From the NCBI GenBank assembly GCA_030648435.1, contig JAUSHE010000024.1, positions 1-63,698 on the forward strand: 63,698 bases of DNA, written 5' to 3'. Each line of letters opens with the position of its first letter. The stretch's first letter is position 1. Source of the stretch: Candidatus Daviesbacteria bacterium. Lineage in GTDB: Bacteria > Patescibacteriota > Microgenomatia > Daviesbacterales > UBA10151. Under the pieces are notes generated by a model. That model worked only from the letters and a program-made list of their open reading frames with translations, had not been told where the DNA came from and searched no databases. The position numbers and the translations under genes are program-made. This document shows positions 17,268 through 26,746 of the stretch, piece after piece.

Positions 17268-18193
17268 ACTTTTAGTTCTTCTCCAAAATTTTCCTTATAT
17301 CTTTTACAAAAACCTTCAACAGTAAAAGTGTGACTAGTTGTACCATATTTTTCAACGGCGTAGCAAGCAGCAGCCGACCCCATTTGTCCGCATGTTTTTA
17401 GGTCTAAACTCTTTAAAAAGCCGGTCAAAAATCCGGCTCGATAAGCATCACCCGCACCCGTCGGGTCAACCGCTTGGATTACTTTTCCGGCATTAATTTG
17501 TAGATTTTGATCTTTAGTTTGTATCGTTGATCCCTTTTCTCCCAAAGTAGTGATTAAAATTCCAACATTTTCCAATAGTTTGTCACTTGTTTCTTGTATC
17601 TTGTCTCTTAATAGCGCTATCTCATAATCATTACCAATTAAAATATCTGCATCTTTTACCATATTTTTTAAATCATCAGAACTGAGTGAGGGTAGCTGCA
17701 TGCCAGGGTCAAGCATATACTTAATGCTTTTATCCTGACATTGTTTGGTAAATTTAACCATGGCCTCAGGGTTATTGGGGGAGATAACTGCCAAATCAGT
17801 TTTAATATTATCCAGTGATAAAGAAGGAGCTTCATTCATGGCTCCCGGATGAAAAGCTGTGATCTGGTTATCAGCTTTATCAGTCATAATGTAAGCGGAA
17901 GAGGTAGAATCCTCAGAGATTTTGATTTGAGAGGTATCTACACCTGCTTGTTGTAAAAACTTCCCATATTCTGAAAAATCAGGGCCGGCAATCCCTAAAA
18001 TTGCCACCGGATTTTTTAACAGGGCTAAATTATAGGCAATGTTGCCGGCAGTACCGCCTCTTTGTTTTTTTAAGGTATTTACCAAAAAAGAGAGGTTTAT
18101 CTGGTGGATTTTATCCGGCATGATATGGTCTGCAAAAAGACCGGGAAAGTCCATAATATGATCAAAAGCCAAAGATCCTGTAACTGTTATCAT
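17264..18193 (-). CDS. PfkB-family kinase, probable adenosine kinase
   Basis: [37 protein letters not shown]; adjacent to ahcY. Start set to MITVTG at 18193 because the upstream ORF extension is repeat DNA. Confidence 0.85.
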   Translation of the reverse strand: MITVTGSLAFDHIMDFPGLFADHIMPDKIHQINLSFLVNTLKKQRGGTAGNIAYNLALLKNPVAILGIAGPDFSEYGKFLQQAGVDTSQIKISEDSTSSAYIMTDKADNQITAFHPGAMNEAPSLSLDNIKTDLAVISPNNPEAMVKFTKQCQDKSIKYMLDPGMQLPSLSSDDLKNMVKDADILIGNDYEIALLRDKIQETSDKLLENVGILITTLGEKGSTIQTKDQNLQINAGKVIQAVDPTGAGDAYRAGFLTGFLKSLDLKTCGQMGSAAACYAVEKYGTTSHTFTVEGFCKRYKENFGEELKV

Positions 18194-18199
18194 TTTAAA

Positions 18200-18234
18200 T
18201 CTAGTATATCGTATATGGTTTATCGTGTATCGTA
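18200..18234. repeat. Heptamer array (TATCGTA consensus) downstream of the four-helix-bundle gene
   Basis: TCTAGTA TATCGTA TATGGTT TATCGTG TATCGTA. Confidence 0.85.
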
Positions 18235-18256
18235 AAGAGCGAATCAACCCTACTTA

Positions 18257-18616
18257 TCATTTATCGGATTTCAAGAATTTTTTATATGATCGTATTTTAC
18301 GAATTATTTTTTCAGCTTCTTCATAGAGTTGATTCCGGATAGTTTCATCTAAATAATTTAGCTCAAATGCTATCTGTGTTTCTGAAGTAGTTTCAAGAGC
18401 TGATTTAATTGCAATATCTAAATAATGCAGTTTATCATTAAGGCTACTAGCTCCCGAACCCTCTGCAATATTAGCTGAGACTGATACAGCAGCTCTACGT
18501 AGCTGATTAGTTAGTCCGTAAATTTCAGACTTTGGAAATTTATCAGTTACTTTATAAACAGTACGAGCGTATTCTATAGCGAGTTTCCAAATATCGAGTG
18601 ATTCGTAAGCGAACAT
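18257..18616 (-). CDS. Four-helix-bundle protein (23S rRNA IVP / Avd-like family)
   Basis: YESLDIWKLA..YKVTDKFPKSEIYGLTNQLRRAAVSVSANIAEGSG..YLDIAIKSALET; start at MFAYES. Confidence 0.93.
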   Translation of the reverse strand: MFAYESLDIWKLAIEYARTVYKVTDKFPKSEIYGLTNQLRRAAVSVSANIAEGSGASSLNDKLHYLDIAIKSALETTSETQIAFELNYLDETIRNQLYEEAEKIIRKIRSYKKFLKSDK

Positions 18617-18621
18617 CAAAT

Positions 18622-18763
18622 AATAGTATATCGTATATTGATTATCGTTTATCGGGTAATGAAAATGTAGCAATCCAATATTCGAAAAATGAAATGTTAC
18701 GATGTGCGATTTACAATTTACGATATTCGATATACGAAGAACGAAGTATTACGATAAACGATT
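18622..18763. repeat. Inverted heptamer arrays upstream of the four-helix-bundle gene
   Basis: Five TATCGTA-like units at 18622-18656, then reverse-complement TACGATA-like units at 18674-18763 (TACGATG TGCGATT TACAATT TACGATA TTCGATA TACGAAG AACGAAG tat TACGATA AACGATT). Confidence 0.88.
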
Positions 18764-20513
18764 ATTGTGTTCCTACCAGATATACTGCCTGCCAGGGTTT
18801 ATAGGCAGATCTCCAGGTTTCATTGATTAAAGTTTCACCACCTCTGGTAACTGTTCTTCTAAATGAAACAGTTGCTCCCCAGGCTGCCCAGTCCACTTGT
18901 TTAACTGTACCTTTTGGTAAGGTTGGGTCATCTTGCCTAAGTTCCGGAGGCGGAGGAGTTTGATTGCTTACTACTGGCTTACTTAAAGATACAGTCCTGC
19001 CATCAGAGGTACCATAGAGATCAACATATAGAGTGATTCCTGAGGTATAGGCCTGGATTAAAATATGGGCTGAGGTATCATTTTTAAACTTAAAATCCAC
19101 ACTTGGGTAAAAAACAGTGGCATCCAGCCCCGGAGGAAAGCCCTGCTCATAATAACCTACCCTGTAGGCATGGGCGGTTCTCGCCACCACCGGCAGTCCG
19201 GCATTTAACACTGCCCTAAATAAAGTAGTGGAATCCTGGCAAACACCGCCTCCGTCATCTAAAACAGTCCTGCCTTCTTTAATCACATATGCTTGTTTAT
19301 AACCGGTGGCTGCAGACACGTCACCGATGGTTTGATTAAAAGAGAATATCTCTCCCGGCGGGACCAGTACTCCGTTAATTCTTGAAGCAGTAAGCACTAC
19401 GTTGTAAATTCTATTGGGGATCGAACCGGCAAAATTGGAAATACCCTGGCCCAGCAGCTCTTTGATTCCTAAGGAATTTACATCAGATGTTAATATTTTT
19501 GGTTTAATAATCTCAACCGGTAAAGGAATAGTTTTAGAAGAAGGATTAGTTAGTGTATCAGAGATAAGATCAATGGTTTTTTGGACGTCTAATTTCTGGC
19601 CATCCCGGGACGGTTTAAAAGCCGCCACTCTTTTAGTTTGAGGATTAAATTCAAATAAACCTTCCTGGACATCCTGATCTATTCCGGAGGCAATATTTTT
19701 TAAATAAGCTATAGTTTGGTCTTCATCCAGAAGTAAACCCTCTCCTTTAGTTAAATCAAGTAAAGTCAGTAGTTGTTTGGTATCCAAAACCCAGGTATTT
19801 TCACTAAAAGTCAATTTAATGGGTTCTTTAGTAATAGCTTCCAAAGCTGCTTTGGCACGCACTACAAAAGCAGTGGTTATTTTGGGTGGGGCAATTTTTA
19901 GAGATAACCAACGGTTATATTTGCCGGTTAAAAGATAGTCTGCAATTTGGCTTTTGACGGCCTCTTTATCAAGCATTAATCCGTCTACTCCCTCTTTGAT
20001 CTGAATTCTGGCTGATCCGGTACTTTCATCAAAAAAAAGCTGGGCATTTTCAGGTTGTCTGTTTACGGTAGAGGCTATTTTTTCCAGTTGCTTATCTAAA
20101 GATAGGCTCACCTTTGGGCGGATATTTGATTTGGAAAAAAAAGTGGAAAACCCTCTGTGGCTATTATCAAAATCTGCAGTGATAGCAGAATAATCTAATG
20201 CAGCAGAAGCAGTGGCTAGATCCAAAGCCATAGAGTCCTGGGCGTAGTCAAAGGATATTTTTTGACCGGCTCTTTGTTGAAAAGTTGACTCCACAGCTCT
20301 GATGGCTTGGCCACGGGTTAAAAAAGAAATGTTAATGCTGCCAACAAATGTGAGCGGGTAATATTTATCCAACATTATTACTTGATAAGTCACACCGAGT
20401 AATATCAACAGCAATATTGATAAAATAATTGGCAATAAAGCAAGTTTGTTGCTTCGCAATAAAGCAAGTTTGTTGCTTCGCAATAAATCTCTTTTCTTCT
20501 TCGCTTTGGCCAC
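18762..20513 (-). CDS. VanW-family protein with peptidoglycan-binding and G5-like domains
   Basis: N-terminal TM; GEIFSFNQTIG, GGGVCQDSTTLFRAVLNAGL, GLDATVF..DFKFKN. Start moved to GTG 20513 (see findings). Confidence 0.88.
   Translation of the reverse strand: MAKAKKKRDLLRSNKLALLRSNKLALLPIILSILLLILLGVTYQVIMLDKYYPLTFVGSINISFLTRGQAIRAVESTFQQRAGQKISFDYAQDSMALDLATASAALDYSAITADFDNSHRGFSTFFSKSNIRPKVSLSLDKQLEKIASTVNRQPENAQLFFDESTGSARIQIKEGVDGLMLDKEAVKSQIADYLLTGKYNRWLSLKIAPPKITTAFVVRAKAALEAITKEPIKLTFSENTWVLDTKQLLTLLDLTKGEGLLLDEDQTIAYLKNIASGIDQDVQEGLFEFNPQTKRVAAFKPSRDGQKLDVQKTIDLISDTLTNPSSKTIPLPVEIIKPKILTSDVNSLGIKELLGQGISNFAGSIPNRIYNVVLTASRINGVLVPPGEIFSFNQTIGDVSAATGYKQAYVIKEGRTVLDDGGGVCQDSTTLFRAVLNAGLPVVARTAHAYRVGYYEQGFPPGLDATVFYPSVDFKFKNDTSAHILIQAYTSGITLYVDLYGTSDGRTVSLSKPVVSNQTPPPPELRQDDPTLPKGTVKQVDWAAWGATVSFRRTVTRGGETLINETWRSAYKPWQAVYLVGTQ
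20432..20487. repeat. 24-bp tandem repeat (2.3 copies) in the VanW N-terminus
   Basis: GCAATAAAGCAAGTTTGTTGCTTC twice plus GCAATAAA; encodes LLRSNKLA twice. Confidence 0.9.
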
Positions 20514-20517
20514 GGTG

Positions 20518-20531
20518 GTATTGTACAATAC
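20518..20531. promoter_or_regulatory. Symmetric bidirectional -10 element
   Basis: Perfect palindrome GTATTGTACAATAC gives TACAAT on both strands, each 6 nt before a GTG (20536 on +, 20513 on -). Confidence 0.7.
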
Positions 20532-20535
20532 TATC

Positions 20536-21843
20536 GTGAAGAAAATAATAATTATTGCTTTAAGTTTGGCCATTGTTTTAGGATTTATTTTTTGGAAGTT
20601 CGGACCTAATATCTCTTTCTTTAATAAACCTAAAGTTTCGGGACCAATAATTTTAACTTATTGGGGGCTGTGGGAGGATGATAATTTGATAAAGCCCGTA
20701 TTGGCCGAGTATCAAAAACTGCATCCTAATATCATTATTAATTATGAGCGTAAATCTTCTGTAAATTATAGAACCCGCGTCCAAACTCAAATTCGGGAAG
20801 GTGTGGGACCGGATATTTTCAGGATTCATAATTCCTGGTTGCCAATGTTTACATCAGAACTTGCTTCTTCTCCTGAGGATGTGTTTACGAGCGCAGATTT
20901 TAAAAGTATGTTTTATCCGGTCGCTGCCGATAGTTTTATTAAAGGAAGTCAAATTTACGGTGCGCCAATGGAAGTGGATGGGCTGGCGCTTTTCTATAAC
21001 GAAGATATGTTAAATGCAATTGGTGGTAAACCTCCCAAAAACTGGCAGGAATTCATAGATTTGGCCACAAAAATGACGGTCAAAGATGCGACAGGCATCA
21101 AAACAGCAGGCGCGGCAATGGGTACTGCCGGCAATGTTGACCATTGGTCTGATATCCTGGGACTTTTAATGCTGCAGCAGCCAAGTGTTGATGTAAGTAA
21201 TGTTGCCAGTCCGCAAATGGTGGAAGTGCTGCGGTTTTATACCGGTTTTGTAATAGATCCAAAGAAAAAAACATGGGACGCAAATTTACCGAAATCAACG
21301 GATATGTTTGCCCAAGGCAGGTTGGGATTTTATTTCGCTCCCTCCTGGCGGGCTCATGAATTACGTGTGGCAAACCCAAATTTAAAATTTAAAGTTACAC
21401 CGGTGCCGCAACTTTCCGGTAAGATTGTTAGTTGGGCCAGTTTCTGGGGAGAAGTGGTTTCTGCAAAATCAAAGAATCCCGCTGAAGCCTGGAAGTTTGT
21501 TAAATTTTTGACTTCTGCGGAAACTGAAAAATTACTCTTTCAGCAAGCTTCACAAGTCAGGCTGTTTGGTGAGCCATATTCACAAAAGAGCTTAGCTGGG
21601 GAACTGGTACAGGATCCTATCGTAGGGGCATTTGTCGCCCAGGGACCTGGTTATAAATTCTGGTATTTAGCATCGAATACTTTTGATAACGGGATAAACG
21701 ATGAAATGATTAAATATTTCGAAGACGGGATTAATGCAACACTGGCCGGAACCGATCCGGCAATGGCTCTGCAGACAGTTGATAAAGGCGTAAAACAGGT
21801 TTTGGATAAATATACCAGACCTCAATCGGTTAGTTCACCGTAA
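20536..21843 (+). CDS. ABC transporter extracellular solute-binding protein (sugar-type)
   Basis: MKKIIII anchor, LTYWGLWE, GPDIFRIHNSW, DGLALFYN, PPKNWQEF, EAWKFVKFL. Confidence 0.88.
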   Translation: MKKIIIIALSLAIVLGFIFWKFGPNISFFNKPKVSGPIILTYWGLWEDDNLIKPVLAEYQKLHPNIIINYERKSSVNYRTRVQTQIREGVGPDIFRIHNSWLPMFTSELASSPEDVFTSADFKSMFYPVAADSFIKGSQIYGAPMEVDGLALFYNEDMLNAIGGKPPKNWQEFIDLATKMTVKDATGIKTAGAAMGTAGNVDHWSDILGLLMLQQPSVDVSNVASPQMVEVLRFYTGFVIDPKKKTWDANLPKSTDMFAQGRLGFYFAPSWRAHELRVANPNLKFKVTPVPQLSGKIVSWASFWGEVVSAKSKNPAEAWKFVKFLTSAETEKLLFQQASQVRLFGEPYSQKSLAGELVQDPIVGAFVAQGPGYKFWYLASNTFDNGINDEMIKYFEDGINATLAGTDPAMALQTVDKGVKQVLDKYTRPQSVSSP

Positions 21844-21846
21844 ATT

Positions 21847-22164
21847 ATGTTTAAAATTATCACTTTTGTGCCGGTTACTGATGCAGAGAAAGTAAGGATG
21901 GCTATGGGGGATGCAGGGGCAGGAGTTTTGGGAAATTACACCCATGCCAGCTTTTCTACCAAGGGTGTGGGAAGGTTTATTCCGAGTGAAGGAGCCCATC
22001 CTACGATTGGTCAAGTGGGGAAATTAGAAGAAGTAGAAGAAGAAAGGATTGAAGTAATTTGTGAGAAAGAAAATGTAACAGCTGTGGTGACAGCAATTAA
22101 AAAAGTCCATCCCTACGAAGAGGTTCCCCTGGAAATATATAATTTAGTTGAGGTCCCAAGGTAA
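21847..22164 (+). CDS. YqfO/NIF3-associated PII-like small protein
   Basis: KIITFVP..AGAGVLGNYTHASF..GRF.P.EGAHPTIG..HPYEEV. Confidence 0.8.
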   Translation: MFKIITFVPVTDAEKVRMAMGDAGAGVLGNYTHASFSTKGVGRFIPSEGAHPTIGQVGKLEEVEEERIEVICEKENVTAVVTAIKKVHPYEEVPLEIYNLVEVPR

Positions 22165-23064
22165 GTTAATCAGTTGGACTTCGGGGACAAGGGTGATGTC
22201 GTATTTTTCTTTGACTTTCTCTGCGTAAGTTTTAGCCAAATCATAAAAATCTTTGGCAGTCCCATTATCTTTATTTATAAATAAGTTGCCATGAATAGGT
22301 GAAATTTCTATGCCATTTAAAGATTGCCCTTTGGCTCCTACCTCTTCCAGCAATGCTCCGGCAGAAAGTTTGCCGTAGACAATTTTTTCTTGGGGGATAT
22401 TATTCAAGATTTCTTCCGGAATTTCAGAAGCAATTAAATTTTTGAAAAAACTACCCGGGCATTTAATTCCCGGGGGATATCTAACAGCTCTTTTAGATAA
22501 TACTTCTTCTGCTTCTTTTTTGAGTATGTCAGGATCACCTGGTTCCAGTTGAAAAGTTACTTCTAAGATAGGTTGCTTGGATTGTTTAAAAATGCTGTTT
22601 CTGTAACCAAAAGCACATCCAGACTTGTTTAATTGATCAACGGATACAATATGATCGGAAATTGATTGGCCATAAGCTCCGGCATTGCCATAAACTGCCC
22701 CTCCAACAGTACCGGGAATTCCGGTTAGTTTTTGTAATCCGGAAAGTCCATTTTGAATGGTGTAGTCAACAAGGTTTTGTAAAAGAGTTCCACTCTTAAC
22801 GCACACCTCGAAGGAGTCAGGGCCCACCTTCGAGGTGGACAAATCACAAATCTCATTTTTTATAACTAAGCCTTCGAATCCGTCATCACTGATTAATAAA
22901 TTACTACCTCCACCGATAATTAAATACGGCATCTGTTGGGATTTGGCATATTCTAATGCTTCTATTAACTCTTCCTCGGAAGATACAATTACAAACTTTT
23001 TAGCCGGCCCGCCTATAGATAATGTAGTTATTGTTTTTAACAAATAATTATCTTCAAATTGCAT
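22144..23064 (-). CDS. murB: UDP-N-acetylenolpyruvoylglucosamine reductase
   Basis: IGGPA, GGGSNLL, GIPGTVGGAVYGNAGAYG, FGYRNS, GSFFKN, HGNLFIN, LVPEV. Confidence 0.95.
   Translation of the reverse strand: MQFEDNYLLKTITTLSIGGPAKKFVIVSSEEELIEALEYAKSQQMPYLIIGGGSNLLISDDGFEGLVIKNEICDLSTSKVGPDSFEVCVKSGTLLQNLVDYTIQNGLSGLQKLTGIPGTVGGAVYGNAGAYGQSISDHIVSVDQLNKSGCAFGYRNSIFKQSKQPILEVTFQLEPGDPDILKKEAEEVLSKRAVRYPPGIKCPGSFFKNLIASEIPEEILNNIPQEKIVYGKLSAGALLEEVGAKGQSLNGIEISPIHGNLFINKDNGTAKDFYDLAKTYAEKVKEKYDITLVPEVQLINLPWDLN
22804..22837. repeat. 34-bp CACCT-N3-AGGTG palindromic element within murB
   Basis: CACCTCGAAGGAG-TCAGGGCC-CACCTTCGAGGTG, in opposite orientation to the 14061 copy. Confidence 0.85.
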
Positions 23065-23094
23065 GTGGTTAATTATACATGGTAGATTAGCAGT

Positions 23095-23940
23095 ATGGAA
23101 AAAGCTATATTAAAAACCCTAATTTACGCTGATATTTTTGATTATCCGTTAAAGATTAATGAAATTCATAAATGGTTAATAGCTAAAAAGGCAACTCTTA
23201 GACAGATAGAGAAAGTGTTGAAGGGTTATAAGAAATATTATTTTTTACCAAAACGCGGGAATTTAGTTTTGCAAAGACTCCGTAAAGAAAAACAATCTGT
23301 TGTTTATTTTAGAAAAGCAAAAATTCTTTCGCAAATTTTAAAGTTAATTCCCTGGATAAAACTGGTTGGAATTTCCGGAGGGCTGGCTATTAATAATGCC
23401 GGGAAAAGTGATGATATTGATTTGTTTATTATCACAAGAAAAGACCGTTTGTGGCTTTGTCGATTGTTGTGTTTGGGGTTACTGTCACTAACCGGTCAAA
23501 GAAGGAAAGTTACAGATACAGGCAGAAAAATTGCCGGTAAGCTGTGCCTTAATATCTTATTGGAGGAAGATAAGCTGGAACAAAAGTATAAAGATATTTT
23601 TGTGGCGCATGAAGTATTGCAGATGAAAGTTTTATGGCAAAGGAATGGAATTTATTCAAAGTATTTGGCAGACAACAATTGGGCTTTCAAATTTTTACCT
23701 AATTGGATGGGAGCACAAGTTCAAAGTTCTTCACCAAAGGCGAATCATCCTCTGGATGAAAAATTCAAAATTATTGATTTTTTTGAGAACTTAGCTAAGA
23801 AATTTCAGCTCAAGATTATGCAGACACCAATGGGTTTAGAGAGGATCGAAGACGGCGCGCTCTATTTCCATCCTGATGATATCAGAGAGGAAATTTTAAA
23901 AAAATATAATCAGTCCTTGACAAGTAGTGCTAGTTTTTGA
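23095..23940 (+). CDS. Hypothetical protein with a nucleotidyltransferase (Pol-beta-like) motif
   Basis: LVGISGGLA..DDIDLFII resembles the hG[GS]..DxD motif. Confidence 0.6.
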   Translation: MEKAILKTLIYADIFDYPLKINEIHKWLIAKKATLRQIEKVLKGYKKYYFLPKRGNLVLQRLRKEKQSVVYFRKAKILSQILKLIPWIKLVGISGGLAINNAGKSDDIDLFIITRKDRLWLCRLLCLGLLSLTGQRRKVTDTGRKIAGKLCLNILLEEDKLEQKYKDIFVAHEVLQMKVLWQRNGIYSKYLADNNWAFKFLPNWMGAQVQSSSPKANHPLDEKFKIIDFFENLAKKFQLKIMQTPMGLERIEDGALYFHPDDIREEILKKYNQSLTSSASF

Positions 23941-23946
23941 TATAAA
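23907..23946 (+). promoter_or_regulatory. groESL promoter with degenerate CIRCE operator
   Basis: TAATCAGTC-N9-TAGTGCTAG 23907-23933 overlapping TTGACA 23917-23922; TATAAA 23941-23946. Confidence 0.6.
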
Positions 23947-23956
23947 CCATTCCCAT

Positions 23957-24277
23957 ATGGCAAAACAAAAAAATACGGAATCTAAAATAAGCGTCAAACC
24001 CTTAATGGGTTATGTGCTGGTTGAGCCTTCTGAGGCAGAGACTAAAACCTTATCCGGTATTATCCTGCCGGAATCAGCCCAGGAAAAACCGGCTCAGGGT
24101 AAAGTGGTAGCTTGCGGAGATGAAATGGTGATGGAAAACGGTAAGGTCGTGAAGTGTCCGGTTAAACTGGGAGATAAAGTGGTTTATAAAAAATGGGGCG
24201 GGGATGAAATAAAAGTTGACGGGAAAGAATTAAAACTTGTAAAATTCGACGACCTGATGGCAATTTTGGAAGGATAA
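23957..24277 (+). CDS. groES: Co-chaperonin GroES
   Basis: VKPLMGYVLVE, TLSGIILPESAQEKP, VKLGDKVVY; start at ATG 23957. Confidence 0.96.
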   Translation: MAKQKNTESKISVKPLMGYVLVEPSEAETKTLSGIILPESAQEKPAQGKVVACGDEMVMENGKVVKCPVKLGDKVVYKKWGGDEIKVDGKELKLVKFDDLMAILEG

Positions 24278-24281
24278 AAAT

Positions 24282-24497
24282 ATGACAGAAGCATTTAAAA
24301 AAATACAACCAGTTGATACAGTTGATAGAATAAATGCAGCAAAACGATCTTTAAGGATACTAGGGGAGATAGGAGGTAAGCCTTGGACTGCTCTTCCTCT
24401 GTTTTCGCCAGGTAGGATAATAGGAAGACGTTTAGCAGATGAGGTTGTAGAGCTGACTATTGCTCTCCGCGATAGGGAAGGAAAAATAAGTGGCTAA
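24282..24497 (+). CDS. Small hypothetical protein between groES and groEL
   Basis: 71-aa ORF filling the gap, preceded by GAAGGA, overlapping the groEL start. Confidence 0.55.
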   Translation: MTEAFKKIQPVDTVDRINAAKRSLRILGEIGGKPWTALPLFSPGRIIGRRLADEVVELTIALRDREGKISG

Positions 24498-26106
24498 GAT
24501 ATTAAAATTTGATTCTGAAGCAAGAGAGAAATTGTTAAAGGGGATAAATATCCTGACAGAGGCTGTGGCTACTACTTTGGGTCCAAAAGGTAGAAATGTA
24601 GCTTTGGATAAAAAGTGGGGAGCTCCTAATGTAGTCCACGACGGGGTAACTGTTGCCAAAGAAATAGACTTGGAAGACCCGTTTGAAAACATGGGAGCCC
24701 AACTTCTAAAAGAAGCAGCCAGCAAAACTTCCGATGTGGCAGGAGACGGTACCACTACCGCCACAATTTTAGCAAAAGCCATAGTCAGCGAAGGCTTAAA
24801 AAACATCCAAGCAGGCTCAAATCCCATGATTTTAAAGCACGGTATTGAAAAAGCAGTGGTAGTTTTGGTGGAAGAACTTAAGAAAATGAGCAAGAAAATT
24901 GTTTCGGAGGAAGAGGTGGCGCAGGTGGCCACAATCTCCGCCGCTGACAATCAGATTGGTAATCTGATTGCTGAATCCTTGCAAAAAGTGGGTAAAGACG
25001 GCGTGGTGACAGTGGAAGAAGGTAAAACCATGGAGATGAGTGTTGATTATAAAGAAGGAATGGAATTTGATAAAGGTTACGTCTCCCCTTATTTTGTAAC
25101 GGATACTGATAAAATGGAATCGTCTATTGAAGATCCTTATATTTTGATAACAGATAAAAAGATTTCTTCGGCTGCCGATCTGGTGCCTTTCCTGGAAAAA
25201 TTTGTCCAAGTTTCAAAAAGTTTGGTAATTATTGCAGATGAGGTTGAAGGTGAAGCATTAGCGCTTTTGGTTGTTAACAAACTGCGCAGCACTTTTAATG
25301 TCTTGGCAGTTAAGGCTCCCGGATTTGGCGATCGCAGGAAAGAGAGTTTAGAGGATATTGCCATTTTAACCGGCGGGACAGTTATTTCCGAGGATACAGG
25401 CAAGAAATTTGAGTCGGTAGAAATTACTGACTTGGGTAGGGCCGGCAGAGTTACTTCAGATAAAGATAATACCTTAATTGTTGACGGTAAGGGCATAAAA
25501 TCTAAAATTGAGGCCAGGATTGCCCAGATCAGACGCGAACTTACCGCTTCTGACAGCGAATTTGATAAAGAAAAATTGCAGGAAAGATTAGCTAAGCTAA
25601 CAGGCGGGGTAGCAGTAATCAATGTCGGAGCTGCCACTGAAGTAGAGCTGAAAGAGAAAAAAGAACGGGTGATTGATGCGGTGGCTGCTACAAAAGCCGC
25701 AATTTCAGAAGGGATTGTAGCCGGCGGAGAGGTGGCATTGCTTCGTGCCAGTAAAGCATTAGACGCCCTGAAGCTGGAAGGTGAAGAAAAGGTCGGCGTG
25801 GAGATTGTAAAAAAAGCACTGGAGCAGCCTTTCAGGATACTGGTGAAAAATGCCGGCATGGATGACGGAATCGCATTATCTAAAGTAATGGCTACAGCCG
25901 GCAATATAGGAGTTGATGTTCTAGATGGTGAAATTAAAGATTTGGTCAAAGCCGGTATTATTGATCCTGTCAAAGTTACTAGATCAGCTTTGCAGAATGC
26001 CGCATCTGTGGCAGTAATGGTCATGACAACAAACTGTCTAATTACCGACAAACCGGAACATACACCTCCTGCTCCTCCAATGCCCGGCGGCATGCCTGAA
26101 TATTAA
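24490..26106 (+). CDS. groEL: Chaperonin GroEL
   Basis: [54 protein letters not shown]. Confidence 0.99.
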   Translation: MAKILKFDSEAREKLLKGINILTEAVATTLGPKGRNVALDKKWGAPNVVHDGVTVAKEIDLEDPFENMGAQLLKEAASKTSDVAGDGTTTATILAKAIVSEGLKNIQAGSNPMILKHGIEKAVVVLVEELKKMSKKIVSEEEVAQVATISAADNQIGNLIAESLQKVGKDGVVTVEEGKTMEMSVDYKEGMEFDKGYVSPYFVTDTDKMESSIEDPYILITDKKISSAADLVPFLEKFVQVSKSLVIIADEVEGEALALLVVNKLRSTFNVLAVKAPGFGDRRKESLEDIAILTGGTVISEDTGKKFESVEITDLGRAGRVTSDKDNTLIVDGKGIKSKIEARIAQIRRELTASDSEFDKEKLQERLAKLTGGVAVINVGAATEVELKEKKERVIDAVAATKAAISEGIVAGGEVALLRASKALDALKLEGEEKVGVEIVKKALEQPFRILVKNAGMDDGIALSKVMATAGNIGVDVLDGEIKDLVKAGIIDPVKVTRSALQNAASVAVMVMTTNCLITDKPEHTPPAPPMPGGMPEY

Positions 26107-26152
26107 GCAGAGCGTGCGATCTAATCGATCTTAATCTGTTACAATAGCTTTA

Positions 26153-26746
26153 ATGGCTAAGTTTCATTATCGGGAGTCTCCTACTGAAAAGCAAAAAAAT
26201 TCTTTCAAAAGATATCTGTCAGAAGACGAAGAATTAGTTTTAGTAACAGGTTTTTCAAGGGCTTATATCCGGTCTAAATTTTTATTCAATGTTTTATTCC
26301 CGGGAATGTTATTTTTAGCATTAGGTTTGGGAGCAGGATGGTTTTTTAATTTGGATAAATTTCTAAGTCTAGGTTTAGGAATGACCGGAATGTTTTTGGT
26401 GGCGCTTGTGAGGACTCTGCATGCATATCATGCTAACAGATATTTATTAACAACCAGAAGAGTGGTGATTAAAAAAGGAGTTTTTGGAGTTAAACTAACA
26501 GCTGCACTGTTTGATAAAATTACCCATCTGGAAGTTGATCAGGGGATTGTCGACCGGCTACTTTTGCATCACGGGACTATTATTGTGAATACAGCGGGCC
26601 TGAATAAAGGGGAAATAGTGCTTAAATTTGTAGATTATCCTTTGGAACTTAAAAACTTACTGGAAAGATTGATCAATCGAGAAAGAGAGCAATTTGGACT
26701 TCGGGGGGCTACTTTAACAGAAGTTGAAGGAGAGATCATAGCTTAG
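26153..26746 (+). CDS. Membrane protein with bacterial PH (bPH_2) domain
   Basis: Two TM helices, then YLLTTRRVVIKKG..FDKIT..QGIVDRLL..GTIIVNTAG. Confidence 0.75.
   Translation: MAKFHYRESPTEKQKNSFKRYLSEDEELVLVTGFSRAYIRSKFLFNVLFPGMLFLALGLGAGWFFNLDKFLSLGLGMTGMFLVALVRTLHAYHANRYLLTTRRVVIKKGVFGVKLTAALFDKITHLEVDQGIVDRLLLHHGTIIVNTAGLNKGEIVLKFVDYPLELKNLLERLINREREQFGLRGATLTEVEGEIIA

Noticed and set aside
18257..18616. Diversity-generating retroelement or rRNA intervening sequence
   Set aside because: No reverse transcriptase, no template/variable repeat pair with adenine-specific differences, and no rRNA in the window.
18194..18804. ORF-track N-terminal extensions of the kinase and four-helix genes, and the plus-strand 68-aa ORF
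   Set aside because: They are translations of the heptamer arrays (YTINHIRYT, INDNQYTIY); family homology starts at 18193 and 18616.
20432..20487. Possible CRISPR repeat
   Set aside because: Units are directly adjacent with no spacers, and there are no cas genes.
24432..26093. Long minus-strand ORFs (172 and 318 aa) opposite groEL, and similar ones opposite dnaA, valS, ahcY, murJ and dnaK
   Set aside because: Typical antisense open frames of conserved genes; no motifs or start signals.
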